Positions 1 to 12,916 of a stretch of DNA of 64,000 bases are shown piece after piece. Numbering within the stretch: position 1 is the stretch's first letter; every line of letters starts with the position of its first letter. The stretch is from Camelus dromedarius (Eukaryota): contig NC_087437.1 of NCBI RefSeq assembly GCF_036321535.1, positions 113,958,001 to 114,022,000 on the forward strand, read 5' to 3'. A model generated the notes under the pieces. The model did not search any database. It was given only the letters and a program-made list of their open reading frames with translations, and was not told where the DNA came from. A program made the translations under genes and the position numbers.

Positions 1-55
1 TGATGTATCCCAAACACCTAGAATAGTGCTGGGCAGATAAGAGCTTTCAAATGAA
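1..55 (+). mobile_element. L2 LINE 3'-terminal fragment
   Basis: TGTATCCCAAACACCTAGAATAGTGCTGGGCAGATA resembles the L2 3' end (TGTATCCCCAGCGCCTAGAACAGTGCCTGGCACATA). Confidence 0.6.
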
Positions 56-699
56 ATGTCACATTCATGCATGTTGAAAATCAAATTAAACAATAAGTTT
101 TCATTAAATATAATAAACTGAAATACGTTCACTTAGATAATGTTTTCTGTGCTCCTTCTTCTAAATTGTCTAGCACTGATTACATCAAAAGACCACAATT
201 ACTACCTCCCACATTCTTTTAGTATAGTAGCCTTCTTACCACCAAGTGAGCACTTTATAGAACCTTCCCTCACCTCCTCCCTATAAACTTTAATTTATAT
301 AAAAAACTATTTTGGATGAAGCTGACACACAACTATAATTTCAAGCCACTTCACATTGCATTTGTTCCAGTTCCAGAAGAAACAGAAGGCAGACTCAAAC
401 CGGAATGAGCTGAGGACAGAGTCACATGGGCAGGGCGTGTTTCCTCATCACAGCCCCAAGAAACGCAAGCTGGGAAAACAAAGGCTGATTTCACCCGTCT
501 GCTCACCCCCTGGCACCTTCCTGGGCTCCCTTTAGCTGAACCCAACTGGGACCAGAGAGCAAAAGGGCTCACTGAGGCAATCCTCAGGGATCACCCTCTC
601 AGAGCATGGAGAGGCGTGGAGAAGGATGGAGGGGCAGGTCACCAGCACACCGAAAAAGAGGCATGATCCACGGTAAAGAGGTTAGATACCGACTGCACC

Positions 700-912
700 G
701 GTGGATTTCAGAATTCAGATGACATATTGCATCATAATCTCACGGACATATGCCTAGATACAGAAGTGTTTTTAATTACATGCTTCTTAAACCCAGTACT
801 TACACTTACCACCTGCAAAAAAAAAAAAACAAGAAAAACTTATGCTGTTATGTTTCAGCGCTGCTTGCAGCCCATTAAACTGATTTCACAACCTACAATT
901 TGAAAGCCTCTG
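700..912 (-). mobile_element. hAT-Charlie non-autonomous DNA transposon fragment (MER119-like)
   Basis: CCCATTAAACTGATTTCACAACC...CAATTTGAAAGCCTCTG resembles the reverse complement of the MER119 terminus; heavily diverged. Confidence 0.4.
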
Positions 913-2649
913 GCCAAGGCCAACCCCTCCATTTGAAAAATCAAATCCCTCAGACCTTGCAAGGTGAAGGGTCTTGTCCAAATGTACAATATGTGTGATT
1001 GGAGAGAAATGGGCGTGTACACTAATTCGGTGGGGGATAAAAAACCTCAGTTCATTTCATCTCTCCAAATGTTCTCTTCCAAACCACATGCAATCAGCAT
1101 GCTTTGAAAGAAGGTTTTTAGTGAAGCAGGTGTCAGGTGACACCTCAATTTAAGGATCAGTAAAATAAACAGAGGCTTCCTTGTGCTGTGAGAGGAGGAG
1201 AACTTGGGGGAACCTGAAGGATGAGGTCATGATCCTTCCTGCAGGGGGAGCTACTTGGAATCAAGCATCTGCTTCTTTAAGAGGGATGGCGGCCATGAGC
1301 AAGTTCATGTCCTCCACCCACAAGTAAAGAAAGCAAGGTGTCCCTGTGGCTCCAGGAACCACTTTCTGGACACCAGGAGGGTGGCCAATGACAGCTTCCC
1401 CAGAAAGGGTGCGAAGGGCTGTGAGGCCAGCAGAAGCCACAGCCTGGCATGTAGGCTACATACGTGCTGGTGACAATTGCCAGGAAGTCTCTCTGCTCTG
1501 AAATACTTCGTCCCAGAGAAGCTCGCTCTGATGACTTTGAAAAGTAGCAGAACCCGTTCCCTCCTTGGCAGGAGTTTGTGCATTTCACTCATGTCAAGTC
1601 AGGACTAATAGTCCTAATGATTTTGAAGGGCTCTAAATGATTCCTTTATGCCTGGCCGGGATTGGCCGGGGTTCCACTTATAACCCGCAACATACACACA
1701 CGTTCCACAGAAAAATAAATACTGGCGTAACCATGTTGGTGCCATGCCACTTAAAATGGCCATTTTCTTAAGTACTCATTTGAAAAACAACTTTGTTATT
1801 TCAGCATCTGCCTTTGAAAGCTGGCTTTCTGTATCTCTGGTCTTATATTTTCATCACAGGGGAAAAAATAAAACATTAACTCCTTCAACAGTTGAGAACT
1901 GACTTATGTGGAAGAAAAAAATGAAGTCCAGGGAAAAGGCATTGGTCCCACTTTCTCAGTTCTGTATCAAAGTTTCCACAAAGCATCCTGCCTGAACTCC
2001 TGGACAGCCTGCAAATGAAGAGCTCTGTCATGGGCGGAAGACTCAAGGTTTCTGCCTGGGGTGTCTGCCTTGATCCATCTACCCCTACAATGATGTCTCT
2101 TGCCCATGCTCCCAGAGTTTATGAGAGTCTGCATGCTAGGTACCGTGCGGATGTGCTTGCATGTGCATGTGTGCCTATGGGCTATGCGAGATGGGGAGAG
2201 GACAAGATGAATGAAATATAGCCAGCCCTTCAAGGAATTTATAATTCCAACACCGAGATGAGACAGAATCGATGAAAAGCGAACTCACAATTCAAGGAAG
2301 TTACGATAGGATGGATTTCAGAGGGCCGTCAGGGCGCCAGGCAACCCCATGCATCCCCATTGCAAACACCAACCCCTTCCACCTTCTGCTAACTTTTATT
2401 ATTCGATGTCAGGTCAACATGCTAAATGCTCGCACCTTTGCTTCCTGATTGCCGGAGCGATGATCAAGGTCATTAACAACAGCAGCTGTGTGTGCAGGGT
2501 TGGCCTCTGCCAGCACTGACAACACACGCCCAAGGCACACACACCCCTCCTTGACCCCAAGGTGCTTTCACCACCCTCTGTCACCCAACTGGACATGTAA
2601 TTTGAGATTTTTTTCCTACCAGTCATTCTGTGAAAAATGATGTATTCAC

Positions 2650-3065
2650 TTTTTTAAAAAATTAGTAATTTTGAAAAATTTGAGATAGACGTATAGAAAA
2701 ATTGGAATGCTAAAAATAGAGATTCTATCACGCCATACCCAGTTTTCCCCCGTTAACATCCTTTATCACTCTGTACCTTTGTAACAACTAATGAACCAAC
2801 ATGGAAACGCTATTATAAACTAAAGCTGATATTTTATTTAGGTTCCTCTAGTGTTTGCCTGGTGTCCTTTTCTTACCCCAAGGTCCCATCCAGGATATCA
2901 CAATACATGTGGTCTCTTTAGGCTCCTTTGGCCATGACAGTTATTCAGACTCTCCTAGTTTCTGATGGTTTGGACACCTTGGGGGAGGATTGGTCAGGTA
3001 GTGGGTAGGATGTCCTTCAGTTTGGCTTTGTCTGCTTTTTTTCCCTCATTACGAGACGTGGTATT
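2650..3065 (-). mobile_element. Old L1 3' end (L1MC/L1MD-like)
   Basis: T-run followed by CCCAGTTTTCCCCCGTTAACATC...CCATCCAGGATATCACAATACAT...TGGTCAGGTA, typical of an antisense L1MC-type 3' UTR. Confidence 0.75.
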
Positions 3066-3339
3066 GGATTGCCCTTTGAGGATGTAAGTATAAATATGGG
3101 ACTGAAAGATATGGATGGTCTGTGAAGTTTGGGTGTTGAAAACAGTAGGTGCTCTCCAGGGAACGTGTTAATTCCATGGGATATATCCATGCAAAGGGTG
3201 ACTTGCAGTTAATGACACTGGCTAGAATTACTTAAACTCACACAAAACAGGCTTCAGCTGCCTTAGGTATATCTGAAAGTTTCCTTATTTTAACACATCA
3301 AATAAACAGCTATTGTGTCAGACAAATATATTGCTCAGT

Positions 3340-3715
3340 GTGGACTATCTGCTGTAACAAACAGCCCAAGATTTTTAGTGACTTAAGACAATCAAATTCT
3401 ATTTCTCAGCCATGCCATGGATAAGTGCAAGACTTCTGGGGAGGGGGGCACTGTGCCTCTTCTGGTGGTGACTTCCACTCAGGCATCTTTTCCCTGAAGC
3501 TGCCATCCCCAGGCTTTGTAGCTCTTAGCTGCATTAGTGAGTGGACAACAGCAGAGAGAGAGAGAGAGAGAGAGAGAGCCTGGAGAGCTGGGCGGCAGGT
3601 TTTAGGGGCCAGGCTTAGAAGTGCCATGCATGCACTCTGCCCTCATTTCATTGGCTAGAGCTTAATCACGTGACCCCACCCAGCTGCAAAGGAGACTAGG
3701 AAATGTGGGCTCCCT
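3340..3715 (-). mobile_element. Old MaLR solo LTR (MLT1J/K/L-like) containing (AG)13 at 3553-3578
   Basis: GCTGTAACAAACAGCCC...AGTGACTTAAGACAA at the start and CATTGGCTAGAGCTTAATCACGTGACCCCACCCAGCTGCAAAGGAGACTAGGAAATGTG at the end match antisense old MLT1 LTRs. Confidence 0.7.
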
Positions 3716-4041
3716 CTTACAGCAGGAGGATAAAGAATTGGGAATCTGAGAACACACAGCGCCCCTGCCATCCTTTGAATTTATGTCATGTAAATTTCCA
3801 GTTGGTAAATGAGGATACAATGACTTGAAAGATGATTCCTGTTGTTTTCTTACAAATATCCCTGTTTAGATTGTGCTGTGGACTTTGGGAGTCATGGTGT
3901 CTTCTGCATAAGGACTTCCATTATAACACTGACATTTCCTTAAGAGCTGAAATCTGTCCTTTAAAGCAATAGAGAGAGAGAAGCGTGAAGGGATGCAAAC
4001 TGTAGTTAATTATCACATCTAGTCAATGTGCCTTGCACTAA

Positions 4042-4075
4042 ATATATATATATATATATACACACACATATATAT

Positions 4076-4108
<33 letters not shown>
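4042..4108. repeat. Compound (TA)n/(CA)n microsatellite
   Basis: Alternating TA and CA tracts are directly visible. Confidence 0.95.
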
Positions 4109-5638
4109 AAACTATTAAACCAGATAATTGGAAGAAATAGCTGTCTTTATCTACATTCATGGAAACAGAGACCAAGCAGAGACTCATAAAAAGAAACCAA
4201 AAGCATATCTTTATCCAAAGTTAAATCCCAATGTATACCTTTCTAGAAAAGAAGGAACTGAGTTTTTCTTTTCCAAAGAGGACTATCCACTCTTTCATTT
4301 TTTAATGACCTTCCTCAATCTGAGCTATAGTATGTCTGGATGTTAATTGTCGAGTAGTCTAGACAGTGATGATATTATGACCAAGTTATGCACAGATAAT
4401 CACTGTGTCACTGTTTCCGATGCTGCCTACACATATTGCTTCACTGAGCACACTTGGCATGTGTGATTACTCTCTGGATATTTATTTTTGCCATTTAAGT
4501 AGAGAATGCTTACTTAATCAAACCATCCGGTGAACCAAGCATTTTTTTTTTATAATTCAAATGAAATATGAGAGTCTTGAAGCTAAAAGAAAAAAATAAT
4601 ATTAATGTGCCTCATATCTTTCTGGGAATACTGGGGCAATCCACCCTATATTTTTCTTGCTTCATTCATTAGGGATAGATCTTGCACAGGTCCTTCAAAT
4701 ACTTTTACTACAAAACATTCCCATCCAGATCGGTTGTCTTATCCAAAGCCATTCTGATTAAAAAAGAAAAAAGAAAAGAAGACATGGGAATTTCTGGAGA
4801 TGCCTTTTATTTACCTAGAATCAGGCTTTGCAATCTAGTTTCAGATTCCTACATGGCCCGCCTGGTCCAATGCACAGGTGGCATCGGACAACTCCTTTAC
4901 TCTTCAGTGTATTCAGAATAAAATAGTTTGTTTTTTTAAAACCACCATCTTAATGAGGATTAAGGGTCATGATGTTGGGACATCACTTAAACCCACCTGA
5001 AGGAGGAAGACTTTGAAATCAATGCAGAAATGAAAAACAATATGGCTGGAAAGTGGGAGGATGTTCCAGACACAGTGGATAACAAGGTTTATTTTTGGCA
5101 TGGAAAGAGAAAATGATCAAAGGGACCTGAAAGAAGTTTGTTTGGCCAAGGAAAAGGCATAGACTGGGAGTAGCAGGCAGACATGCGGGCTTGGCGGGGT
5201 GGGGGGTGTTGATACAGCATGACTTGGGGACAGTGTAAGGGCTCTGCTGAGTGTTTTACAGGCTATTTCCACCAGTATAATCACCCCCTAAGGTCAGTGT
5301 TTTACCAAAAGAAGACCCCATTACATGAAAATCTAGGGCTGGATGGGGTAAAATGGGCTCTTGCCCGCTCCTCTGACATCAGCCTGCTTGCTCGCTCACG
5401 GAAAATGGAAACAAGACATTTACGATAAATTTAAAATTCATCTGTGTAGGTACTGAGCTTTGGCATCTGGCCGGACAGGTGGGGTAGATTGAGAGGGGAG
5501 GGCAGTGATGGGGGTGCAATGGACAGCAAGGGGGCAGGAAGAAGTTTCTGTGGCCTACTGAAAGGGGTGGGAGCAGCTCATCCGTAACAAGTTTGATTTG
5601 CTTCATAATTCTGAGCTGAGAAGCCAGCTCTTCCCAAA

Positions 5639-6203
5639 TGCACTGGGTCAAATTGTGCCCTCCCTCCAAAAAGAAAAAAAAAAAAAAAAAAGACACATCT
5701 CCTTAGAACCTACAGATGTGACCTTATTTGGGAAAAGAGACTTGGCCGATGTAATTAAGTTAAGGATTTAAAGATAAGATTATCCTGAATTTAGTGGGAA
5801 ACAAATCCAGTGGCACGTGTCCTTATAAGAGAAAGGCAGAGGGAGACCTGAGACCCAGAGACACGTGAAGAGGGAGGCAGAGACTGGAGCACTACACCTA
5901 CCAGCCAAAGAGCAGCAAGGACTGCCGGCAGCCTCCAGCGTGGGCACACGCACGCTCGCGCACACACGCACATTTTGTTCACCCTTTCATCTGCTGACGA
6001 ACACTTGAGTTGCTTCCGCCTTTTGGCTATTGTGAAGAGGCAAGGAACAGCGTCTCCTTCAGGGCTCCCACAAGACACCAAACCTTGCTGGCACCTTGAT
6101 TTCAGATGTCTAGTCTCCAAAGCTGTGAGAAAATACCTTTCTGGTTTTGTCAGCCACCAAGGTTGCAGTAATTTTTTTACAGCTGCCCCAGGAAACCAAG
6201 ACA
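5639..6203 (+). mobile_element. MLT1C-like MaLR solo LTR, interrupted by a short L1 fragment
   Basis: TG...CA termini; perfect 5-bp TSD CCAAA (5634-5638 and 6204-6208); MLT1 motifs GATGTGACCTTATTTGG and GGCACCTTGATTTCAGA. Confidence 0.9.
5939..6036 (-). mobile_element. Short internal L1 fragment nested in MLT1C
   Basis: CACATTTTGTTCACCCTTTCATCTGCTGACGAACACTTGAGTTGCTTCCGCCTTTTGGCTATTGTGAA is antisense L1 late-ORF2 sequence. Confidence 0.8.
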
Positions 6204-6269
6204 CCAAACGGGAAACACGGTCTTGCTTATTTCCCCACCTCGATGCCATCTCACCCTCAAACTACTTAC

Positions 6270-6670
6270 ATTTTGGCAAAATACATACAACATAAAATTT
6301 ACATCTTAACCGTGTTAAGTGTCCAGTTCAGCGGCATTAAGCACATTCCGAAAGTGGTGCGGCCATCACCACCGTCCACCTCTAGAATTTTTCATCTTCC
6401 CAAACAGAAAGTCTTTACTGATTAAACACCAGCTTCCCATTGCCTTCTCCCCCTGTTCCTGGTAACACCACCCGGCTTTCTATCTCCATAGATTTGACTA
6501 CCCTCGGTACCGCGCAGAAGTGAAATTACACAGCATTTGTCCTTCTGTGTCTGGCTCCTTTCACTTAGCAAAATTGTTCATCCATCCACCTGCTGTTGGA
6601 CACCTGGGTTGCTTCCACCTTTTGGGTGTTGTGAATAGCGCTGCTGTGAAGATGGATGAACAGATATCCC
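6270..6670 (-). mobile_element. L1MB-like 3' end with internal deletion
   Basis: AACATAAAATTTACATCTTAACC...CCATCACCACCGTCCACCTCTAGAA...GGTTGCTTCCACCTTTTGG; the segment normally lying between CACTTAGCA and TTCATCCAT is missing. Confidence 0.85.
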
Positions 6671-8779
6671 CTCATCCTCAAAATCTTCTACTTTTTTCTC
6701 GTCACATCCCTGGAAACTCCTACATCCCTTCCTTTCTTCTAGCTGGCCTCATCCCTAGGCCAGGCTCCTTCTTCCTCAGTCATGCCCTTTCCAGGAGAGT
6801 TCTTGGCAGTGAAGACCACAGGGTTTCTACAGAGATACTGAAGTGAGATTTAGGAGCCGCCCAATTGCTAATGGAGGTGGCTGGGGCGGGGTCGTAAGTG
6901 GAGGCTAAGAGGCCTTATTGGCGTTGTATTTGCACATCAAGCACAATGTTTTTGCTTTAAAGTTACAGATCAAGAAAAATAGTTAAGTTGGTTAGAAAGG
7001 GTTACTAGTCACATTTTCTAGAAGATCAAGAAAGCATCAGTTGTCCGTGCCAAGGAGCATTATTACTGCCTTTCCTCGAGCTGACTTGAGACCTGTTATG
7101 GAGGCTTAAGCTGGATGCCTCCCCTCCATCCTTAACCCGAGTTAGTGGTAACCATCACATTTCCCATCCAGTAAAGAGGATTTCACTCTTTCAGAGTGAA
7201 AGAGGAGATAGAAGCAGTTACCCCAAAGACAACTGGCCCCAACTGGGGTTCATCTAGGCAAAAGGATGAGTGGGTACCCTGCCAAGACTCACTTCACAGC
7301 ATCCCCGCCAGCCCACACCCTCTGTCCTCAGGACCCACCACACCCTTGCGTCACAGACCCATCCAGGAGTCACAGACAGAATATGGTATCTCCAAACATG
7401 TGTTTTGTGATTTAAAACCTCAAGCTACCCAATAACATGGGATATACACTGCACTCGAGCCAAGGACACACAATGTGAAATTTACTCTGTTTATTTATTC
7501 TTCCTGCTTAGTTTTTTTCCCCTCTGAAAATGAGAACTAGCTAATATCAGCCAATGCAACTCCCCAAAATAAAAACATATTATTCGTTTTCCCACTTTCA
7601 GAGGATTAAAAATTGTTTCATTAGCCTACTGTATGTCCTCGTGCTCGTGTGCGGCATTTTTATTTTGGGGGAAACGTGTTTTGCTGGCCCGAAGAACAAC
7701 CTCACTCAAATAGCACACGTATTCCGTGCTCGGAATAGCAAAAGCTTACCTCCGAAGGGGGAAAATTCTAGCTTCTATTTATTTATACTGCTTTTTTTCC
7801 CCTCAACAATTGCTGTTCTCTGTAATTTCAATGTCTGTAAAAATAGCAGTTATATAAACATTAATGCATAAAAAACTATCATTTCGATGTAGCCTGCAAA
7901 TCCTGGAAGCTAAACATTAAGGAATCATGAGATTTTTTTTTTCCCCCTCTAAGCAAGAGAAGGGAGTTCACAATCTTTTTATCCCTAAAACATACAATTC
8001 AAAGCTTTTCAAGGTCTAACTGTTAAGCAAGCCTGAACTGCCATTAGTATTACAGTTTAGTGAATGTTCATTTTCCTTCTGCCTCCAATCGGATGAATCA
8101 GCCCTTACTTGTGACAGCCTTATATATTTTATTTCTGTATTTGCTGATTTTCTGGTGTTAAGCATGGAGTCTTCCTTTTCCTTTCAACATGAGTGTTCCT
8201 TTTCTAACCATAATATAAGAAATATATGCATCCAAGCTGGGCTAGCTTTGAAAAAAATTGTATCAAACAAATCCAACGACCTCATTGGCTTTCATAAATT
8301 CATAGGCTTGTGCCAACGTGGAAAGAAAATTCTGACATTCTGATTAAAAATTCTTTCCCAGGGAGGCTCACAAAGTTGTGATAAAATTGACGTAATTCTA
8401 GAAAGTGTTGGACCAACAGATAAAAAAAGACAAAGGGGGCAGGGGCGGTGGTAGAGAAATTTACAAAAGCCAGAGCACAGATACACTGTCTACCTGCGGG
8501 TATAGGACCCCCAGGCTGGAGCAGAGATCTCTCACTGGGTCAGCCTGCAGGCTGGCCTTGCATCAGAGCGTGCTGTCTTCCCTGGAAATCTGTGGGCTTA
8601 CCTAGAACCACAAATTCTTAGGATGGGAATTTCTGAAAATTCCAGAAGCCCTCAGCCCCTACTATCTAGTCATCACATGCATTTAAGGAATCTTTACCTT
8701 CTGTGTGATGGCCCCTTGAACCCACATAAACCCACAGGACTGAGCCCATGGTCCCTGGTCGCTATAACACTTCCAGTAA

Positions 8780-9200
8780 CCATTCATTCCACTTGCCTTC
8801 ACTGAGCTTCCACTACGTATAAGACACTGTGTTAAAATCCTTTACCCAGAAGAGTGGATAGTCTAATAGGAGGAAGACATGTGAACAGCACCCACAGGGT
8901 CTAGTGGTAGAGGGGAAAGCAGAACAACATGCAGAGGGAAGCAAGGGTCGGGGGCTGGTCTTCAATGGGGAAGTGGAGAGCCCTTCATAGAAGAGGTGCT
9001 CTTTGAGTTGGACCTTAAAAGATGATCAGGGGGGCAGCTAGTTTATGAGGCAAGTGCGGCAGAGGATGGGGAAGAACAACCTGAAAGTTCAATGCTTGGA
9101 TGCCTGGGAGAAGAGAAAATGAGCTTCTGTGCCCAGAAGTAAGGATGCAATGAGCAGAAGGAAAGACGACAGATTCCATGAGAGGCAGACTGGAGCCAGA
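8780..9200 (-). mobile_element. L2 LINE fragment
   Basis: CATTCATTC...ACTGAGCTTCCACTACGT...TTCATAGAAGAGGTGCTCTTTGAGTTGGACCTTAAAAGATG, antisense L2 3' region. Confidence 0.65.
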
Positions 9201-9350
9201 CTATAACCTGGTAAGTATTTCTTAAATAAATGAATGTATGAATACATAATTTTTAAAAAAGATTCTTCTGTCTTGGAAGTATTTACAAAGCAATGGTGAG
9301 TGGCATAAAAGAGATAGCTCTCTTTTTTTTTTTCTTTATTTTTTGGTGGC

Positions 9351-9735
9351 TGTTATGGACTGGAATGTTTGTGTCCCTCCCAAATTCCTAGGTTGAATCT
9401 GTAACCCCAATTCGATGGTATTTGGAGATGGGGCTTTGGGAGGTAATTGGGGTTAGATGAGGTCATGAGGGTGGACGCTCATGATGGGATTAGTGTTCCT
9501 ACAAGAAGAGACACCAGAGAGTTTACACTCAGTGCCTCCCCTCCTCCCTACCATCATATGAGGATACAAAAAGAAGGTGGCTGTCTACAAGCCAGGAAAA
9601 GAAGCCTCACCAAGAATCAAAGTGGCTGGTACCTTGATCTTGGACTTCCAGCCTCCAGAATTGTGGGGAATAAATTTCTGTTATTTAAATCACCCAGTCT
9701 TGTCATATTTTGACAGCCCAAGCTGAAAAAAGACA
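9351..9735 (+). mobile_element. MLT1A/MLT1A0 MaLR solo LTR
   Basis: Starts TGTTATGGACTGGAATGTTTGTGTCCC; contains GATGAGGTCATGAGGGTGG and AATAAATTTCTG; ends AAGACA. Confidence 0.9.
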
Positions 9736-10126
9736 GTGAGGCTATTTTTTAAATGATATTTTGAAATTGACAAGTCAGTTTTACACTGAGGATTTGGGAA
9801 GCAGAGTTACTAAGCAGCTAAATTATTTCAACAACTGAAAGAGTGACCTTCTGAGGACCACAAGGTAAGAGAGCACATTGTTCAACACTTTGGAAACTGT
9901 TTACAGGAAGAACAAACCTGCTAAAAGAGAACACCAATTTTTGTTGAAGTATGAAGTAGATGCACGAGAAAAGTGGCTAATTAAAATATATAAAGAAATA
10001 GTGGCCCATGTTCTTAGAACACAGGTTATTTTCCAATACACAGTAAAGGGGAAGCGATGAGACGTCAGTAAGTCATAAAAAGACATTTTGGTAGACAAAG
10101 CTGGTCTCATAAGAGCAGTTTCATGC

Positions 10127-10835
10127 TGTAAAGGAAAAACTCCTCCTGTGTCTCCTTTACTCTCACACTGTGACCACAAGTCACTTCGCTTCTGATGCCG
10201 TGTGTGTGGGTTACAAATCAGAAGTTCCCACGATCCCTTCCTTGGGTTCAATTAATTTTCTAGAGTGGCCCAGAAAACTCAGGAAACCAGTTTCCTCATT
10301 ATGTGACTGGTATATTACAAAGCATAGTAAAGGCTAAGATACATAGGACAAAGCCCAGAAGGATCCTAAACCCAGGAGTTCTTGTTCCAGTGGAGTTGAG
10401 GATGCACCACCCTCCTGGCACGTGAAGATATGCCAACCTGTAAGCTCTCTGAACTCTGTAGCTCAGGGATTTTTATGAAGTCTTTCCATTGACATGATTG
10501 GCTAAATCAGTGGCCATTGATGATTGAACTCAACCTCCAGCGCCTCTCCCTTTCCCGGAGTTTGGAGGTGTGGAGGGGATTGGGTTGAAAGTCCCAATCC
10601 TTCAATCGTGAGGTTGGTTCCCCTAGCAACCAGCCCCCATCAGAAGGTTACCTGCGGACTTTCCAAAGCTACTTCATTAAGATAAACTCAAGTGTGGTTA
10701 AAAGTTGCTTTTTATGAATAATGAAATAGTTCCTTACACCCTTATTGTTCTAATCACAGGAAATTCCAAAGGTTTTCCTCAGGAAAAGGGATGAAAATCA
10801 AATATATATTTCTTATTATAAATCACAATATCACA
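10127..10835 (-). mobile_element. MER21-family solo LTR
   Basis: Reverse complement begins TGTGATATTGTGATTTATAATAAGAAATATATATTTG, the MER21B/C start; internal TTGGGTTCAATTAATTTTCTAGAGTGGC. Confidence 0.85.
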
Positions 10836-11844
10836 CATTTGGTTTAACGTAATTCTAAAGAGTGATATTGCTGTAAGTAGAGTCTTAACATATGAGTTTT
10901 ATGTAATTTATCACACTTTATAGCGCTAGAAAAATAAGCTATTAACTGAACACAAATTAGTCCTGAGAGTAGTTTTTTAGAATTTAACTGTGTTTTAAGA
11001 CTGTGATAAATCAGATGATTAGTAATAAAATTGATAATTGTGAAATTAACACAATTTGATCTTTGGCTATAATTTATTGAATAATGTCTCAGTTAGTGGA
11101 GATAAAGTTTAATTTTTAAAGATTTTTGCTTTGTAATTGATTTAAGAGCATAGAAAACTGAATTTATATTAAAAGCAAACAATTATATTTTTATGTCAGT
11201 GAAAAAAAATATTTGTTGTTTTAAATGACCACAGGATCATTAAGTTACATCCTTTGTGGAAGATGAGTCCCAAGCCAGGGTTTTAAACTCTATTAACAGT
11301 CTTCCTCTTAATTCAGGATATTTTAGGAATGTGTTTTAATTTTCCCCACAAAAATATTATTCCATTCTCTAAATGAAACTTACTTTTTTTAATATATGAG
11401 AGAGTAAGGCCCTGAGCCAATCAAATCTAATTCTGTCCTGAAGAAAACATTTCAAATACACACACATCCACATGCACATATAAATGCGTGCACACACACA
11501 AACACTCACACACATACACAAACTGGCAACAAGAAATAGCATGCATTGATAGCTATTTTTTTGGACAGTAAAGGAAAAAAACCCCAAAGTTCTGATCAAC
11601 AGTGACAATAATTTATAGAGATTTTCTGAATTCATTTTAATTTTTACTATGTTAAAAACCATTTAGCTCTTAAATAAATAATAAATGCATGTGGAAAAAT
11701 ATAAAAGCAGAAGAGGACATGCTAAAAGCTGTCTCCCTCCATACCTCCTCAACTCCCCTGACTCCCCACTCTAGAGTTAACTACTGTTAGCGGTTTTTAA
11801 GAATCACCCAAAAGACATAGTCTATAACAACTTAGCGGCAATGA

Positions 11845-12140
11845 CAGTGCTGTCCAGTAGAAATGTGCAACTCCTATGGGCAACTGAAAAACTTCCAGCA
11901 GCTCTACTTACCAAGTAAAAAGAAACTGATGAAATTTGTATTAAAAATGTATTTTTATTAGCCCAATATAGGCAACATGTTATTTCAACATATAAACACT
12001 ATAAAAATATGAATGAGATAGCTTCCATTCTTTTTTTCTTCCCAAGGTTTTGCCATCTAGTGTGTATGTTTACTCACAGCACATCTCGATTTGGACCAGT
12101 CATATGTCAATGTAAATAGTAGACACTATACTGAACAGTA
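11845..12140 (+). mobile_element. MER33 hAT-Charlie non-autonomous DNA transposon
   Basis: Starts CAGTGCTGTCCAGTAGAAAT; internal AAGTAAAAAGAAAC...ACAGCACATCTCGATTTGGACCAG. Confidence 0.8.
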
Positions 12141-12722
12141 GAGTTCTGTAAGGTTCTGTAATAAATGACTCTTTAAAAAAAAAGAATTTTTAAATGCATA
12201 CAGTATACATTGTTCTTCATTTTCTTGCTCTTTCAGACTTTGCTGCAGAGTTATAGACATGTAAGTACACACGTTACATAAAAACTAGAAAACACAGAGA
12301 AGAAAAATTTAGATAATCTATAATCTTTTTTTGGAGTTTTCGTACCGGTGCAAGGACAGTTCCGAAGCTTCAAGAATAAGTATATAAAATAAATTAAATT
12401 TTAATCAAAGACTCAGAGGTCTTAGTTGTCTGCCCAAGATGTCATTCAGTTAAAATTCTTATTGTGAGGTGAGGGAATTCACTAGTCAGTAGTAAGTATG
12501 TATTTTTTTGTTTGAAATGTGAAATTTCTCTCTCTCTTTTCTTACCATTCAAATGGAGAGCCAATAGAGACCATTGTTTGGGGCTTTTTTCAGAATTACA
12601 TATTTGATATCTCAAATAAGCACTGACATAATCATCATAACAAATCAGAACTTTGTTGGGGTCTCTTTTGAATTAATACAAAGGGGTAGATTTTTTTTTC
12701 AATGCTTAAGAGACTGAAGTCC

Positions 12723-12916
12723 TTTTTTTTTATTGAAGTATAGTCAGTTTACAATGTTGTGTCAATTTCTGGTGTGCAGTATAATGTTTCAGTCATACAT
12801 GTACACACGTATATTCCTTTTCATATTTTTTTCATTAAAGGTTATTACAAGATAATGAATATAGTTCCCTGTGCTATACAGAAGAAACTTGTTGTTTATC
12901 TATTTTAAGTACAGTA
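12723..12916 (-). mobile_element. Cetartiodactyl/camelid L1 3' end, copy A (5'-truncated)
   Basis: Poly-T then ATTGAAGTATAGTCAGTTTACAATGTTGTG...GAATATAGTTCCCTGTGCTATACAG. Confidence 0.9.

Noticed and set aside
1755..1768. 14-bp palindrome AAAATGGCCATTTT
   Set aside because: Short enough to arise by chance in 64 kb, with no supporting context.
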